A DNA stretch of 64,000 nt from an uncultured Mailhella sp. (lineage in GTDB: Bacteria > Desulfobacterota > Desulfovibrionia > Desulfovibrionales > Desulfovibrionaceae). Below the pieces are notes generated by a model. It searched no databases. It saw only the letters and a program-made list of their open reading frames with translations, and was not told the origin of the DNA. Where the stretch lies: NCBI GenBank assembly GCA_944322695.1, contig CALUPQ010000028.1, positions 25,525 through 89,524 on the forward strand, in the 5' to 3' direction. A program made the translations under genes and the position numbers. Position 1 is the first letter of the stretch; each line of letters opens with the position of its first letter. Shown piece by piece: positions 50,390-60,781 of the stretch.

Positions 50390-51052
50390 TCAGTTGACGG
50401 AAGATTCGTCGCTTTCGGAGGAAGGAGCCGACTCTTCGGGAGCTCCGGCCGCCCGCAGGCGTTCCCACAGCTCGTCGATGCCCAGGCGCGTCACGGAGGA
50501 AACCACCACGGGCTTCGCACCGCCGAGGATTCTCTCCCACGTCTTCTGCTGGGCGGAACGCTCCCTCAGCGTACACTTGTCCGCCTTGGTGAGCACGGCG
50601 ATGACCGGAAGGTGATGCGCCTTCGCAAAGTCGGCCATCACCCGGTCGGACTCCTGCGTGGGAATGCGACAGTCGATGAGCAGCGCAAGCGCGCGCAGGC
50701 TGCGGGTCTCCTCCAGATATTTCTGAATGAGGGCAGCCCAGTTCCGCCTCTCCTCATGGCCGCGTCTGGCATAGCCGTAACCGGGCAGGTCGGTCAGGCA
50801 GAAGCCGTCCGGCTTCACCTCGAAAAGATTGACGGAACGGGTTTTTCCCGGTTCGGAACTGACCTTGGCCAGCTTCTTTCTGCGAGCCAGCGCGTTGATG
50901 AGCGAGGACTTGCCCACGTTGGAGCGCCCGGCCAGCGCAATCTGCGGCATGTCGTGCGTGGCCGCTTCAAGCTGTTCAAGCGTGTACAGGGTGGCCAGAA
51001 GTTCCAGAGTGGGTTCCGGCCTTTTCTTTTTTTCGGCGGACGGGTCGGTCAT
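50390..51052 (-). CDS. engB: Ribosome biogenesis GTP-binding protein YihA/EngB
   Basis: [30 protein letters not shown]. Confidence 0.94.
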   Translation of the reverse strand: MTDPSAEKKKRPEPTLELLATLYTLEQLEAATHDMPQIALAGRSNVGKSSLINALARRKKLAKVSSEPGKTRSVNLFEVKPDGFCLTDLPGYGYARRGHEERRNWAALIQKYLEETRSLRALALLIDCRIPTQESDRVMADFAKAHHLPVIAVLTKADKCTLRERSAQQKTWERILGGAKPVVVSSVTRLGIDELWERLRAAGAPEESAPSSESDESSVN

Positions 51053-51270
51053 GGCGCTCCTCCCGAGTTGACAAAGTGAGCCTCTATCGGACAATATATC
51101 TTGCTTTGCGGAAAGAGCCGAGATTAGCCTGCTCCGGCAGAAAAGGCAAATATTCCGCAGACGGCCTCCCCACGGCGGGAGAGCCTTCCCTCACCAACGG
51201 GGAAAGACGGGCCTACGCCGGCCTGTTTCGAAACGTTACAGAAAATACCGTATTTTTGCCTGGAGGCATC

Positions 51271-51828
51271 ATGTATTCCACTACCGACTTTCGCCGCGGC
51301 CTGAAAATCGAGATTGACGGCACCCCCTACGAAATCGTTGAATTCCAGCACTTCAAGCCCGGCAAGGGCGGCGCCATGGTGCGCACCAAGCTGCGCAACA
51401 TCCTGAACGGCCGCGTGGTGGACAACACCTTCCGCTCCGGCGAAAAGGTGGGCAAGCCCGACATGGAACAGCGCGACATGCAGTACCTGTACCGTGAAGG
51501 CACCGACCTCATCTTCATGGACATGACCACCTACGAACAGATTTCCCTGCCCGAGTCCGAAACCGACGGCAAGGCCGACTGGCTGCTGGAATCCCAGCAG
51601 TGCCGCGTGCTGCTCTACAACGGTCAGCCCATCGACATCGAAGTGCCCGTGAGCCTCGTCATGACCGTCGTGAAGACCGAACCCGGCGTGAAGGGCGACA
51701 CCGTTTCCAACGTGACCAAGCCCGCCACCCTTGAAACCGGCGTGGTCATTCAGGTGCCGATTTTCGTGAACGAAGGGGACCGCGTCAAGGTCGATACCCG
51801 CACCCGCGAATATCTCGGCCGCGATTAA
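51271..51828 (+). CDS. efp: Elongation factor P
   Basis: [45 protein letters not shown]. Confidence 0.97.
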   Translation: MYSTTDFRRGLKIEIDGTPYEIVEFQHFKPGKGGAMVRTKLRNILNGRVVDNTFRSGEKVGKPDMEQRDMQYLYREGTDLIFMDMTTYEQISLPESETDGKADWLLESQQCRVLLYNGQPIDIEVPVSLVMTVVKTEPGVKGDTVSNVTKPATLETGVVIQVPIFVNEGDRVKVDTRTREYLGRD

Positions 51829-51947
51829 TCCGCGACCTTTCCTTTCGCGCTGTCGGCAGGACGTCTTGCGCCCTACCGGCAGCGCTTTGCTTTTTTCCGG
51901 CGGAAACACCTCCGGGGCGCACTTTTACCGCTTGAAGGGAACCATCA

Positions 51948-54764
51948 ATGTACGGACACAGGCTGGTACGCGAACTGCTCGGACTGCTCTTTCTGTTCTG
52001 CGGTCTGCTCATGCTGCTCAGTCTCTGGAGTTACCACGTCGGTGACCCCACCTTCAATCAGGCCGTGAGCATACAGGCGTCGTCCGTCCAGAACGCGGCG
52101 GGACTGTTCGGAGCCTACCTGGCCGGTTTTCTGGTGGACAGCTTCGGTCTCGGCTCCTTTTTGTGGGTCGTCTTCTTCCTTTCCGTGGGGGCCGGTCTGG
52201 TTTCCCGGTGGATTGTGCTCAAGTGGTACCGCTGGATAGGATACCTCCTGCTTTTCGCCTGCGCCCTCGTCACCGCCACCTCCTTCAACATCGAAATGCA
52301 CGGCATACAGGGCGGTGGACTCCTGGGCAAATGGCTTTCGGCCTTTTCCCTCATCTTCTTCAGTCCGTCGGGCTCCCTGCTGCTCTGGCTTTTCGTGTTC
52401 CTCATCGCCATGGAACTGGCGTTCAGCATTTCATGGCTGACGCTGGGCTCCCGCCTCATAGCCTGGCTTTTCAAAAAAATCCCTTCCTTCGGCACCACCT
52501 TCGACTTGCCCGTCCCCCGCATTCCCGACTCCCTCAGGCGCATGGGCTCCCTTGCAGGAAAAATACGCCGCGCCCCCAGGGACAGTGAACGCCCGCGCCC
52601 CGTGCTCGACATCGTGCTCGGCAAGAAGGAAGAGTCCGCTCCTGCGGCGCTCGAGCTCAAGCTGGACGACTCCGCACAGGAAAAGGCTCCCTCTCCCCAT
52701 GCCGGAGAAGAGAACCTCAACGAATTTATGCGGCTGGTGGAACGGCCGGAAGCGGTGACGCCCGAAAAGACGCCTGACACTCCCACGCCCTCCTTCCGCT
52801 CTGAACCCGTGCAGGCTTCCGTCCGTCCCGAAGCTGCTCCCGCGGCCCAAAACGAACCGGAAGCGAACGACTTCATCCTCGAACTCGACGACCCGGTGGA
52901 AATCCCCGCGTCTGCTCCGGCATCCGACGTCTCCGTTGCCGCTCCCGAAGAAAAAGCCCCGCAGCCTGTGGAAGAAGAAAAAACGCCGGTGGAGCCCGAA
53001 GAAATCGAGGAACTCCAGCCCTCGGCGCTGGCCGCTCTCAGCGCCTCCGCCGCCTCTGCCACGGAGGACTATCCCGCCGTGGTGGTCTCCACGCAGGTGG
53101 AAAAGCCCCTGCCCCGCGTCGAAACGCCGCAGGAAGAATCCTTTGTTCCTCAGAAGGACGAAGGCTACGCTTCCGTGGATACGGCCGTGGCCGGAGCCAT
53201 GGCTCTGCAGAAGGAGCTTGCGGCGGTTCCTGAGCCTGCAGCTCCTGCGCCCGCCCCCGTGCTGCCCAGGCGCAAGATACTCCCCCTGCCTCCCATGGAT
53301 TTGCTCTCCCCCCTGCCGGAAGAAGACCTTGCCAGCAGGCCCGACGAGCTCACTCTGGCAAGGCAGGGCAACGCGCTCATCACCTGCCTCAAGAACTTCA
53401 ACGTTCACGCCACGCTGGCCCGAATCACCCCCGGTCCCGTGGTCACCATGTTCGAAGTGCGTCCCGCTCCCGGCGTGAAGGCCACTCGCATCACAAACCT
53501 CGCCAACGACCTTGCCATGTCGCTCAAGGCCGTGTCCGTGCGCATGCAGGCGCCCGTGCCGGGTACCGACACCGTAGGCGTGGAAGTGCCCAACGAGAAA
53601 CGCGCCACCGTGCATTTCCGCGAAATCGTGGAAAACGAGAACTTCCGCCAGGCCAAGTCCCTGCTTACCATCGCCCTCGGCAAGGATACCGGCGGCAGAC
53701 CAGTTTCCGCCGACCTTGCCAAAATGCCGCATCTTCTGGTGGCAGGCGCCACCGGCGCGGGCAAGAGCGTATGCCTGAACGCCATCATTCTCAGCCTGCT
53801 CTACCGCGCCCGGCCGGACGAAGTGCAGATGATTCTTGTGGACCCCAAGCGCGTGGAACTTTCCATGTATGCGGACTTGCCGCACCTCGTGCACCCCGTG
53901 GTCACGGACATGGACCTCACCAAGAACGCGCTGCTCTGGGCCATCGACGAAATGAACCGCCGCCTGTCGCTCTTCTCCAAGGTAAAGGTGCGCAACATCA
54001 CCGGCTACAACGAACGGCAGGCCCGCCTGCGCGCCGAGGTGGAAAACGGCGGCTCCATGCCCATCGACGCGGAAACAGGCGAACCGGAAGACCTTTCCAA
54101 CATGCCCTTCCTCGTCATCATCGTGGACGAACTGTCCGACCTCATGATGGTGAAGAGAAAGGAAGTGGAAGGCAGCATCGTTCGTCTGGCACAGCTCGCC
54201 AGAGCCGCGGGCATACACCTCATCATCGCCACCCAGCGCCCCAGCGTGGACGTGGTGACGGGCATCATCAAGGCGAACTTCCCCTGCCGCATCGCCTTCA
54301 AGGTGACGAGCGGACAGGATTCGCGCACCATTCTGGACGGCGCGGGCGCGGAAAAGCTGCTCGGCATGGGCGACATGCTCTACAAGCCCAACGGCGGCAT
54401 GATTCAGCGTCTGCACGGCGCCTTCGTCAGCGATGAGGAAGTCTCCGCCGTGGTGGAATACTGGAAACGCCAGCAGCCGCCGAACTATAAAATCGACTTT
54501 GCGGAATTCGGCAACGACGATAACGACGACGCGACGGAAGAATTCGGACAGCAATCCTCCCGCGGCAACGACATCGTGGACGACCCCATCTACGCGGAAG
54601 CCATCCAGTTCGTGCTGGAAAACGGCAAGGTTTCCATTTCCCTGCTGCAGCGGCGCTTCCGCATAGGCTTCAACCGCGCCGCCCGCTTCGTGGAACAGAT
54701 GGAAAAGGACGGCCTGCTCAGTCAGGCCGACGGCACCCGCCCGCGCAGCGTCGTCCACCGCTAA
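51948..54764 (+). CDS. ftsK: DNA translocase FtsK
   Basis: N-terminal TM domain, Pro/Glu-rich linker, GPVVTMFE, PHLLVAGATGAGKSV, DPKRVEL, LAQLARAAGIHLIIATQRPSVDV, gamma domain LQRRFRIGFNRAAR. Confidence 0.96.
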   Translation: MYGHRLVRELLGLLFLFCGLLMLLSLWSYHVGDPTFNQAVSIQASSVQNAAGLFGAYLAGFLVDSFGLGSFLWVVFFLSVGAGLVSRWIVLKWYRWIGYLLLFACALVTATSFNIEMHGIQGGGLLGKWLSAFSLIFFSPSGSLLLWLFVFLIAMELAFSISWLTLGSRLIAWLFKKIPSFGTTFDLPVPRIPDSLRRMGSLAGKIRRAPRDSERPRPVLDIVLGKKEESAPAALELKLDDSAQEKAPSPHAGEENLNEFMRLVERPEAVTPEKTPDTPTPSFRSEPVQASVRPEAAPAAQNEPEANDFILELDDPVEIPASAPASDVSVAAPEEKAPQPVEEEKTPVEPEEIEELQPSALAALSASAASATEDYPAVVVSTQVEKPLPRVETPQEESFVPQKDEGYASVDTAVAGAMALQKELAAVPEPAAPAPAPVLPRRKILPLPPMDLLSPLPEEDLASRPDELTLARQGNALITCLKNFNVHATLARITPGPVVTMFEVRPAPGVKATRITNLANDLAMSLKAVSVRMQAPVPGTDTVGVEVPNEKRATVHFREIVENENFRQAKSLLTIALGKDTGGRPVSADLAKMPHLLVAGATGAGKSVCLNAIILSLLYRARPDEVQMILVDPKRVELSMYADLPHLVHPVVTDMDLTKNALLWAIDEMNRRLSLFSKVKVRNITGYNERQARLRAEVENGGSMPIDAETGEPEDLSNMPFLVIIVDELSDLMMVKRKEVEGSIVRLAQLARAAGIHLIIATQRPSVDVVTGIIKANFPCRIAFKVTSGQDSRTILDGAGAEKLLGMGDMLYKPNGGMIQRLHGAFVSDEEVSAVVEYWKRQQPPNYKIDFAEFGNDDNDDATEEFGQQSSRGNDIVDDPIYAEAIQFVLENGKVSISLLQRRFRIGFNRAARFVEQMEKDGLLSQADGTRPRSVVHR

Positions 54765-54797
54765 CCCATGCTCCGGCAGGGCCGGAAAGGAACAGCC

Positions 54798-55655
54798 ATG
54801 ATACTCGACGGCAAGACTACCGCGGCCGACATACGCGCCGCACTGCGAGAGGAAATAGAAAAGGACAGGGAAAAAGCGGGACGCGCCCCCTGTCTGGCCG
54901 TGGTTCTCGTGGGAGAGGACCCGGCTTCCCAGGTCTATGTGCGCAACAAGGAAAAGGCCTGCGCCGACGCCGGTATCGAAACGGTCTCCTACCGCAAGCC
55001 TGCCTCCATGCCCCAGAAGGAACTGGAGGAATTCATCGCCTCCCTGAACGCCGACTCCGCCATCGACGGCATTCTGCTTCAGCTTCCCCTGCCCGAAGGA
55101 CTGGATGAACGCCCCTGCATCGACGCCATCAGCCCCGAAAAGGACGTGGACGGACTCACGGCCGTCAATCAGGGCCGCGTGGCCATGAACGTGCCGGGCC
55201 TGCGTCCCTGCACGCCTGCAGGCATACTGGCCCTGCTCGACCGCTACGGCATTTCCGTCAGCGGAAAGAAGGCCGTGGTCATAGGTCGCAGCAATCTCGT
55301 GGGACGGCCCATCGCCCTCATGCTGGGCAGCCGCGACTACAACGCCACCGTCACCATGTGCCATTCCCGCACTCCCGACCTTGCCGCCGTCTGCCGTGAG
55401 GCCGACGTCATCGTGGCCGCGCTCGGCAAGCCGCGCTTCGTGACGGCCGACATGGTCAAGCCCGGCGCCGTCATCATCGACGTGGGCATCAACCGCGGCG
55501 AGGACGGCAAGCTCTGCGGCGACGTGGACTACGACAACGTCGCCCCCATCGCCTCAGCCATCACTCCCGTGCCCGGAGGCATAGGCCCCATGACCATTTC
55601 CCAGCTTCTCGTCAACACCACAAAGGCATGGAGAGCAAAGCTCCTTTCCGCCTGA
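54798..55655 (+). CDS. folD: Bifunctional methylenetetrahydrofolate dehydrogenase/cyclohydrolase
   Basis: VGEDPASQVYVRNK, GILLQLPLP, EKDVDG, PCTPAG, GRSNLVG, TPVPGGIGPMT. Confidence 0.97.
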   Translation: MILDGKTTAADIRAALREEIEKDREKAGRAPCLAVVLVGEDPASQVYVRNKEKACADAGIETVSYRKPASMPQKELEEFIASLNADSAIDGILLQLPLPEGLDERPCIDAISPEKDVDGLTAVNQGRVAMNVPGLRPCTPAGILALLDRYGISVSGKKAVVIGRSNLVGRPIALMLGSRDYNATVTMCHSRTPDLAAVCREADVIVAALGKPRFVTADMVKPGAVIIDVGINRGEDGKLCGDVDYDNVAPIASAITPVPGGIGPMTISQLLVNTTKAWRAKLLSA

Positions 55656-55671
55656 CGGAATGTTCCGATAG

Positions 55672-55704
55672 AAAAAGCCCGGTGCATTTGCACCGGGCTT
55701 TTTT
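55672..55704. terminator. Bidirectional intrinsic terminator (folD/queA)
   Basis: AAAAAGCCCGGTGCA-tt-TGCACCGGGCTTTTT. Confidence 0.85.
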
Positions 55705-55829
55705 ATGCGACGTATCGCGGCAAGGGCCCCGTTCCTGCTCCCCGGCTTCAGCCGAAGTTTTTTCTCCGGGCCGGCGGATTATCCCGTAACCATACGGAAC
55801 AGGCAGCCCCGCCATTTCGATGTTCCGTC

Positions 55830-56927
55830 CTAACGAACGAACATGGCGTCTCCATAGGAGAAAAAGCGGTATTTCTCCTTCACGGCTTCGGCATAGGCGG
55901 AAAGGATGCGCTCGCGCCCGCACAGAGCCGCCACCAGCATGATGAGCGAGGACTCGGGCAGGTGGAAGTTCGTGATGAGATGGTCCACCACCTGAAAGCG
56001 GAAGCCGGGGTAGATGAAGATGTTGGTCCAGCCGTGCCAGCCCTGTTCCGGAATGACGCCGCCGTTCTTCTGTGCGCAGCCCTCCATGGTACGGCAGGAC
56101 GTGGTGCCCACCGCCACCACGGGCCGTCCCGAGGCTTTCGCCTCGCGGATGACGCCGGCCGTTTCCGGTGAAATCTCCACATATTCGCTGTGCATGGGAT
56201 GCTCGCGTATGTCCTGCTCACGCACGGGGCTGAACGTGCCGTAGCCCACGTGCAGCGTCACTTCGGCCCAGCCTATGCCCTGCTCCTTCAGGCTTTCACG
56301 CAGTGCGTCGGTAAAATGCAGGCCCGCCGTAGGCGCGGCCACGCTGCCGGACTTTTCCCTGTCCGCATACACGGTCTGGTAGCGGGACACGTCCTCGCTG
56401 TCCTGCTCGCGCCGGATATAGGGCGGCAGCGGAAGATGCCCGATGCTTCTCATGCACTCCACAAGGTCGCCCTTCCAGAACAGCATGACGTCATGACGGC
56501 CGAAGTCCTTTTTGTTCAGCACCTCCGCCGCGATGCAGTCGCCGAAGGTAAGACGGTCGCCCACGCGGATGCTGCGCGAGGGACGCAGCAGCACTTCCGC
56601 CCGCGCGCGACTCCAGCCGCCTTCTTCGGTGACGGCGCAGGCGACAAGCAGCGGAGGAGGCGTGAGCAGCAGAAGCTCGGCCTTGCCGCCAGAAGGCTTG
56701 AATCCGAAAAGACGGGCCGGCACCACGCAGGAATTGTTGGCTACCAGCAGCGCTCCCTTCGGCAGAAATTCGCCGAGACGGGAAAAGGTGGAGTGAATGT
56801 TTCTGCCGCTCGCTCTGTCCAGCACCATGAGGCGCGAGGTTCCACGCTCCTTCGGCGGGTACTGGGCAATGCGTTCTTCAGGCAGTTCGTAATTGTAGCT
56901 CGACAGCTCAAAATCTGATGCGTTCAT
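55830..56927 (-). CDS. queA: S-adenosylmethionine:tRNA ribosyltransferase-isomerase
   Basis: ELPEERIAQ, PLPPYI, YQTVYA..GSVAAPTAGLHF, TLHVGYGTF, VGTTS, TNFHLP.S, YRFFSYGDAM. Confidence 0.97.
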   Translation of the reverse strand: MNASDFELSSYNYELPEERIAQYPPKERGTSRLMVLDRASGRNIHSTFSRLGEFLPKGALLVANNSCVVPARLFGFKPSGGKAELLLLTPPPLLVACAVTEEGGWSRARAEVLLRPSRSIRVGDRLTFGDCIAAEVLNKKDFGRHDVMLFWKGDLVECMRSIGHLPLPPYIRREQDSEDVSRYQTVYADREKSGSVAAPTAGLHFTDALRESLKEQGIGWAEVTLHVGYGTFSPVREQDIREHPMHSEYVEISPETAGVIREAKASGRPVVAVGTTSCRTMEGCAQKNGGVIPEQGWHGWTNIFIYPGFRFQVVDHLITNFHLPESSLIMLVAALCGRERILSAYAEAVKEKYRFFSYGDAMFVR

Positions 56928-57045
56928 GATGGTTCCACACCGTTCAGTCCGATGGACCTGTCTGGAAAACTCAGGGACGGAAAGGCTGGCGCAGCCTGCC
57001 CTTCAGACAGAATGCGCCAGCCTCCGGCACACGAAACATGTCGCG

Positions 57046-58551
57046 TTATTTTTCTGCTACAGCGGTTTCGCTGTCAAGCAGCAACCGGGCCTCTGCCACG
57101 GAGCTCTTGAAGCGCTCGCGGTCCTTCTTGTCCACAGGCGCGGAACGGGCGCCGGAAAGAGTGCTGGGATTGACGAACTTGCCGTTCTTCATGACACGAA
57201 AGTCCAGATGCGGTCCCGTGGCGGTACCGGTGGCCCCCACGAAGGCCACGACCTCGCCCTGCTCCACCCTCTGTCCCACCTTCAGGGACGAGGCGAAACG
57301 GGAAAGATGGGCGTACTGCGTTTCAATGCCGCCGCTGTGACGGATGATGAGCGTATTGCCGTAACCGCCCTTCCATCCCTTGAAGGTCACCTTGCCCGCG
57401 CCGAGCGCCTTGACCGGCGTGCCGCGCGGAGCCGCGTAGTCCACGCCCTGATGGGGACGAACCTTGCCGAAGATGGGATGCTTGCGGTGCATGGTGTAGC
57501 CGGAGCTGACTCTCGTGAAGTTGAGCGGAGCCTTGAGAAATTCCGTTTCCAGGGAACTGCCGTCCGCGGCGAAATAATGGGCCCCGCCCTTCTCATCCAG
57601 GAAGCGGAAGGCCTCGAAGGTCTTGCCGGCGTTGACGAAGCGGGCCGCGACGATGTCTCCGTAGCGGCGGAAATCATCACCGAGATATTTCTTCTCCACC
57701 ACCATCTCGAAAGTGTCGCCTTCCTGAACCTCATTCACGAAGTTAATCTGGTGGCTGAACACCTCGGCCAGACGTACGGCCAGATTGGCGGATTCTCCGG
57801 CATCGGCCATGGCCTCGAACAGCGAGGAGCTGATGGTTCCGCTCACCTTCACCAGCTTCGTATCGAATTCAAAAACGTCCACGCGGGCGCTGAAGCCATC
57901 TTCCCCACGCTCCACAACAAGGCGGCTTTCCTCGTCGATGTCGTAGGTCAGACGGTTCATGCTCTCCCCGTCCGCATCACACTCCACGCTGAACAGATGG
58001 CCTACCATGAGCCTGTTCAACGGGAATACGGCGGACGCTGCCTTCACGGCCTGGTCTGTCTCGTTGTTGTCCAGCCAGGTGAGCAGAAGCGCTCCGGCGC
58101 TGTCGCCGCTGCGGATGACGGTACGGAACACCTGCGTTCCGCAGCCGGAATCCTCCACCATGTAGCGGCTGTTCTTTTCCCACGGCACGGCTTCGGAATA
58201 ATCGGGAATGCACATGCCTTCCCTGGAGGAAAGAAAGGCCTCCAGAGAATCGTCATATCTGGGGAGCTCCTCGGAACCGGAAAGACTTCCTTCATTCCAG
58301 AAATCCCGCATCCAGGAAAGGCCGCTGCCCAGAGAGGCCATCTGCATGTCTCCGGGAACGGGAACCTCGACGCCCTGAGCAAAGTCATGCGGCTTCACGG
58401 CCTGCAGAGCAAAGCCGTTCTCCGGCAGGAAAAAAACATCATCCTCCTGACCGGAAAAAAACATCGCACCGGCCACAAGCACGGCGCCGAACAGGACGCC
58501 GCCGAGCGTCAGCACGGGACGCGTGAAGAATCTTTGATATTTTTTTATCAT
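57046..58551 (-). CDS. M23-family murein DD-endopeptidase (MepM/Csd3-like)
   Basis: RVSSGY..R.HP....PHQGVDYAAP.GTPV, GGYGN, YAHLS, TGTATGPHLDF. Confidence 0.9.
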   Translation of the reverse strand: MIKKYQRFFTRPVLTLGGVLFGAVLVAGAMFFSGQEDDVFFLPENGFALQAVKPHDFAQGVEVPVPGDMQMASLGSGLSWMRDFWNEGSLSGSEELPRYDDSLEAFLSSREGMCIPDYSEAVPWEKNSRYMVEDSGCGTQVFRTVIRSGDSAGALLLTWLDNNETDQAVKAASAVFPLNRLMVGHLFSVECDADGESMNRLTYDIDEESRLVVERGEDGFSARVDVFEFDTKLVKVSGTISSSLFEAMADAGESANLAVRLAEVFSHQINFVNEVQEGDTFEMVVEKKYLGDDFRRYGDIVAARFVNAGKTFEAFRFLDEKGGAHYFAADGSSLETEFLKAPLNFTRVSSGYTMHRKHPIFGKVRPHQGVDYAAPRGTPVKALGAGKVTFKGWKGGYGNTLIIRHSGGIETQYAHLSRFASSLKVGQRVEQGEVVAFVGATGTATGPHLDFRVMKNGKFVNPSTLSGARSAPVDKKDRERFKSSVAEARLLLDSETAVAEK

Positions 58552-59329
58552 AAAAAGTGACACTTCTTGATGCTGAGGGGAGAAAATAAGGAAGAGGGAT
58601 ACATACCCAAGGGGTATATAACCAAGAAACCACTTGTTTATGCAAGCGTTTTCTGGTAAAAAATTTTATGCCCGGCACCCGGTCCGAACGCCGTGACCGC
58701 CATGTCGGCCTGTGTCGTTTTCCCTTGTATTCACGGCTGTTAGGTGCATCTTCAGCACCCCATGCCCAAGAGCAAAAATTTATTCCTTCTCTACCCGACA
58801 TGAACGACTTTTCCAGCTTCTCCTCTGCCCGGAGAAAGGATGGCCTCGGCGGAATAAAACACCCCGCGACCATAAAGGACGCCCTTTCGGCCGCCATGCC
58901 GCCGAGGTTCGGTCTCTCCGGCAGGAACATGGAAAAGAACATTGCGCATCCCTCTTCCGGCTTTCCCATCCCTACAAGGGCCACCCGCGAAAACGGGGCA
59001 CGCCGCCTCTCTCCGCGTCTTTTCCTGCGGCAGGCAGCAACGCCGGATGTCAGGATGCACCTCACTTCGTCGCTCCGCGATGATTCCCGTCTCCGTCCCC
59101 TTTCTGAACGCATGCCGAGTTACGAACAAACGCACGCCCCTTTCCCGGCAGAAAAGAGGACACCTCTTTTGAATCTCTCTTTCCTTCTTCCGCCGAACTG
59201 CCTGTCCGACCGGGAAGGAAAGCATAGCCTGGTTCAAAAACAACCTGTTGATATCAAAGAACATGGAGCGGCCTGTCCCGCAGGGGGGAAACCTTCCTTC
59301 CTCCGTTTGGAACAGAAGGAAGTCCTGTC

Positions 59330-59462
59330 TCACCTGAAGGCCCGGCATTTTTACGGAAACACCATGAAAGTGACACTGCATTTCTTTGAAAAAACAGGAA
59401 AAAATAGAGTTACGAACAAAGATGTGCACATGGCGCGCACAAAGCTGACGAAATGGTGCGCA
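59330..59462 (+). pseudogene. Possible remnant of the dnaA 3' end (domain IV), within a 307-codon ORF (58668-59591)
   Basis: Occupies the dnaA position, upstream of and co-oriented with dnaN; translation LSHLKARHFYG...EKTGKNRVTNKDVHMARTKLTKWC loosely resembles Desulfovibrionaceae DnaA C-termini (recalled, not aligned); no Walker A/B found. Confidence 0.3.
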
Positions 59463-59600
59463 AAACGCTCCGAAAACGGTTCGAACCTTGCCAAAATGTG
59501 CATTCCTCTCCCGGCAGTTACTGTTTTTGTTCCTATAATAGCAAATGATATCAATATGTTATCACATATAGGAACAAACGGACAGGATTAAACCTTCTAC
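59400..59600. other. Putative replication origin (oriC) core
   Basis: AT-rich; IHF consensus TATCAAtatgTTA at 59549-59561; 12-bp inverted repeat 59526-59537/59567-59578; immediately upstream of dnaN-gyrB-gyrA with a local switch in gene orientation. Confidence 0.5.
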
Positions 59601-59614
59601 TACAAGGAAAAGCT

Positions 59615-60781
59615 ATGTATGTAACCGTCAAAAAGGAACAGATTATCGAAGGCCTGCAGAAGGCGGCTTCCATCATTCCCAGCAAGGCCGGTGCGGCGTA
59701 TCTTCGCTCCATCTGGCTTCAGGCCGTAAAGACGCCCGACGGTGACAGGCTCACCATCATGTCCACGGACGTGAACATCGAATTCACGGGCACGTATCCG
59801 GTGGAGATTCGGGAAGAAGGTACGGCGGGCGTGAACGGACGCGCCTTTGTGGAACTTCTGCGCCGTCTTCCCGGAGGGGAAATCAGCCTGCGGCTTGACG
59901 AGGAATCCCACATTCTCGCCGTGGAGCAGGGACGCCGTTCCTACAAGCTGCCCACGGTGGACCCGGTAGGGTTCCAGCCTCTTCCCGCCTTCCCCGAAGA
60001 AGGCGCGGTGCTCTGGTCCGGCGACTTCTTCCAGGACGTCATCGACAGGGTGGCCTTCTGCATCAGCGACGACGACAGTGCCGAAGGTCTTGCCTGCCTG
60101 TATCTCAAGGCCGGAGATGCCGGGAAGGTTGACGTGTGCGGTCTGAACGGCCATCAGTTCGCCATGGTCCGTTTCATCAACGATGCGCTTGCCAATCTTC
60201 TTCCCGAAAACGGGCTGCTCATTCAGAAGAAGTACGTCAACGAGCTGCGCAAGTGGCTCGGCAGCGACGAGGTCATGCTGAACATCAGCGAACGTCGCTT
60301 CCACATCCGCACCGGTTCCGGCAGCGAAACGCTGAGCATTCCCCGCAGCGCCAATTTCAGCTATCCCGACCATCTGAGCTTCCTTGCCCGTCTTGACGGC
60401 GACAACACTTCCCAGCTCGACGTGGACCGTCGCGAAACGCTCAACGCTCTCGACCGTCTGCTCATCTTCAACAACGACAGCGACCGCTGCACCTACTTCC
60501 GTTTCTCTCCCCAGGAAGTGGAGCTTTCCGCTCAGGGCCAGGAAACCGGTTCCGCCACCGAGCATCTGGAAGGAACGTTCCAGGGCGACCTTGAGCTCAT
60601 CGCCTTCCCGACCCGCAGCCTCATGGACATTCTCGGTCATTTCCAGTCCCAGAGCCTGCACTACGTGTTCACCGGGGCGGAAGGCCCGTGCGGCATCACC
60701 GGTTCCGACGATGCGCAGTACACCGTCATTCTCATGCCCATGAAAATAGCCGAATCCTCCTACTATACCGAAGAGGAATAG
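59615..60781 (+). CDS. dnaN: DNA polymerase III subunit beta (sliding clamp)
   Basis: ~388 aa three-domain clamp; STD, F.ELLRRLP, LNGHQ, C-terminal ILMPM; upstream of gyrB. Confidence 0.92.
   Translation: MYVTVKKEQIIEGLQKAASIIPSKAGAAYLRSIWLQAVKTPDGDRLTIMSTDVNIEFTGTYPVEIREEGTAGVNGRAFVELLRRLPGGEISLRLDEESHILAVEQGRRSYKLPTVDPVGFQPLPAFPEEGAVLWSGDFFQDVIDRVAFCISDDDSAEGLACLYLKAGDAGKVDVCGLNGHQFAMVRFINDALANLLPENGLLIQKKYVNELRKWLGSDEVMLNISERRFHIRTGSGSETLSIPRSANFSYPDHLSFLARLDGDNTSQLDVDRRETLNALDRLLIFNNDSDRCTYFRFSPQEVELSAQGQETGSATEHLEGTFQGDLELIAFPTRSLMDILGHFQSQSLHYVFTGAEGPCGITGSDDAQYTVILMPMKIAESSYYTEEE

Noticed and set aside
51224-51240. TGTTTCGAAACG palindrome as a parS site near the origin
   Set aside because: Does not match the 16-bp parS consensus TGTTTCACGTGAAACA (central CACGTG missing).
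58668-59591. 307-aa ORF as a real novel protein-coding gene
   Set aside because: Not called as a CDS: atypical codon usage, S/P/R-rich composition, no clear RBS, overlaps putative origin elements; kept only as a possible dnaA remnant.
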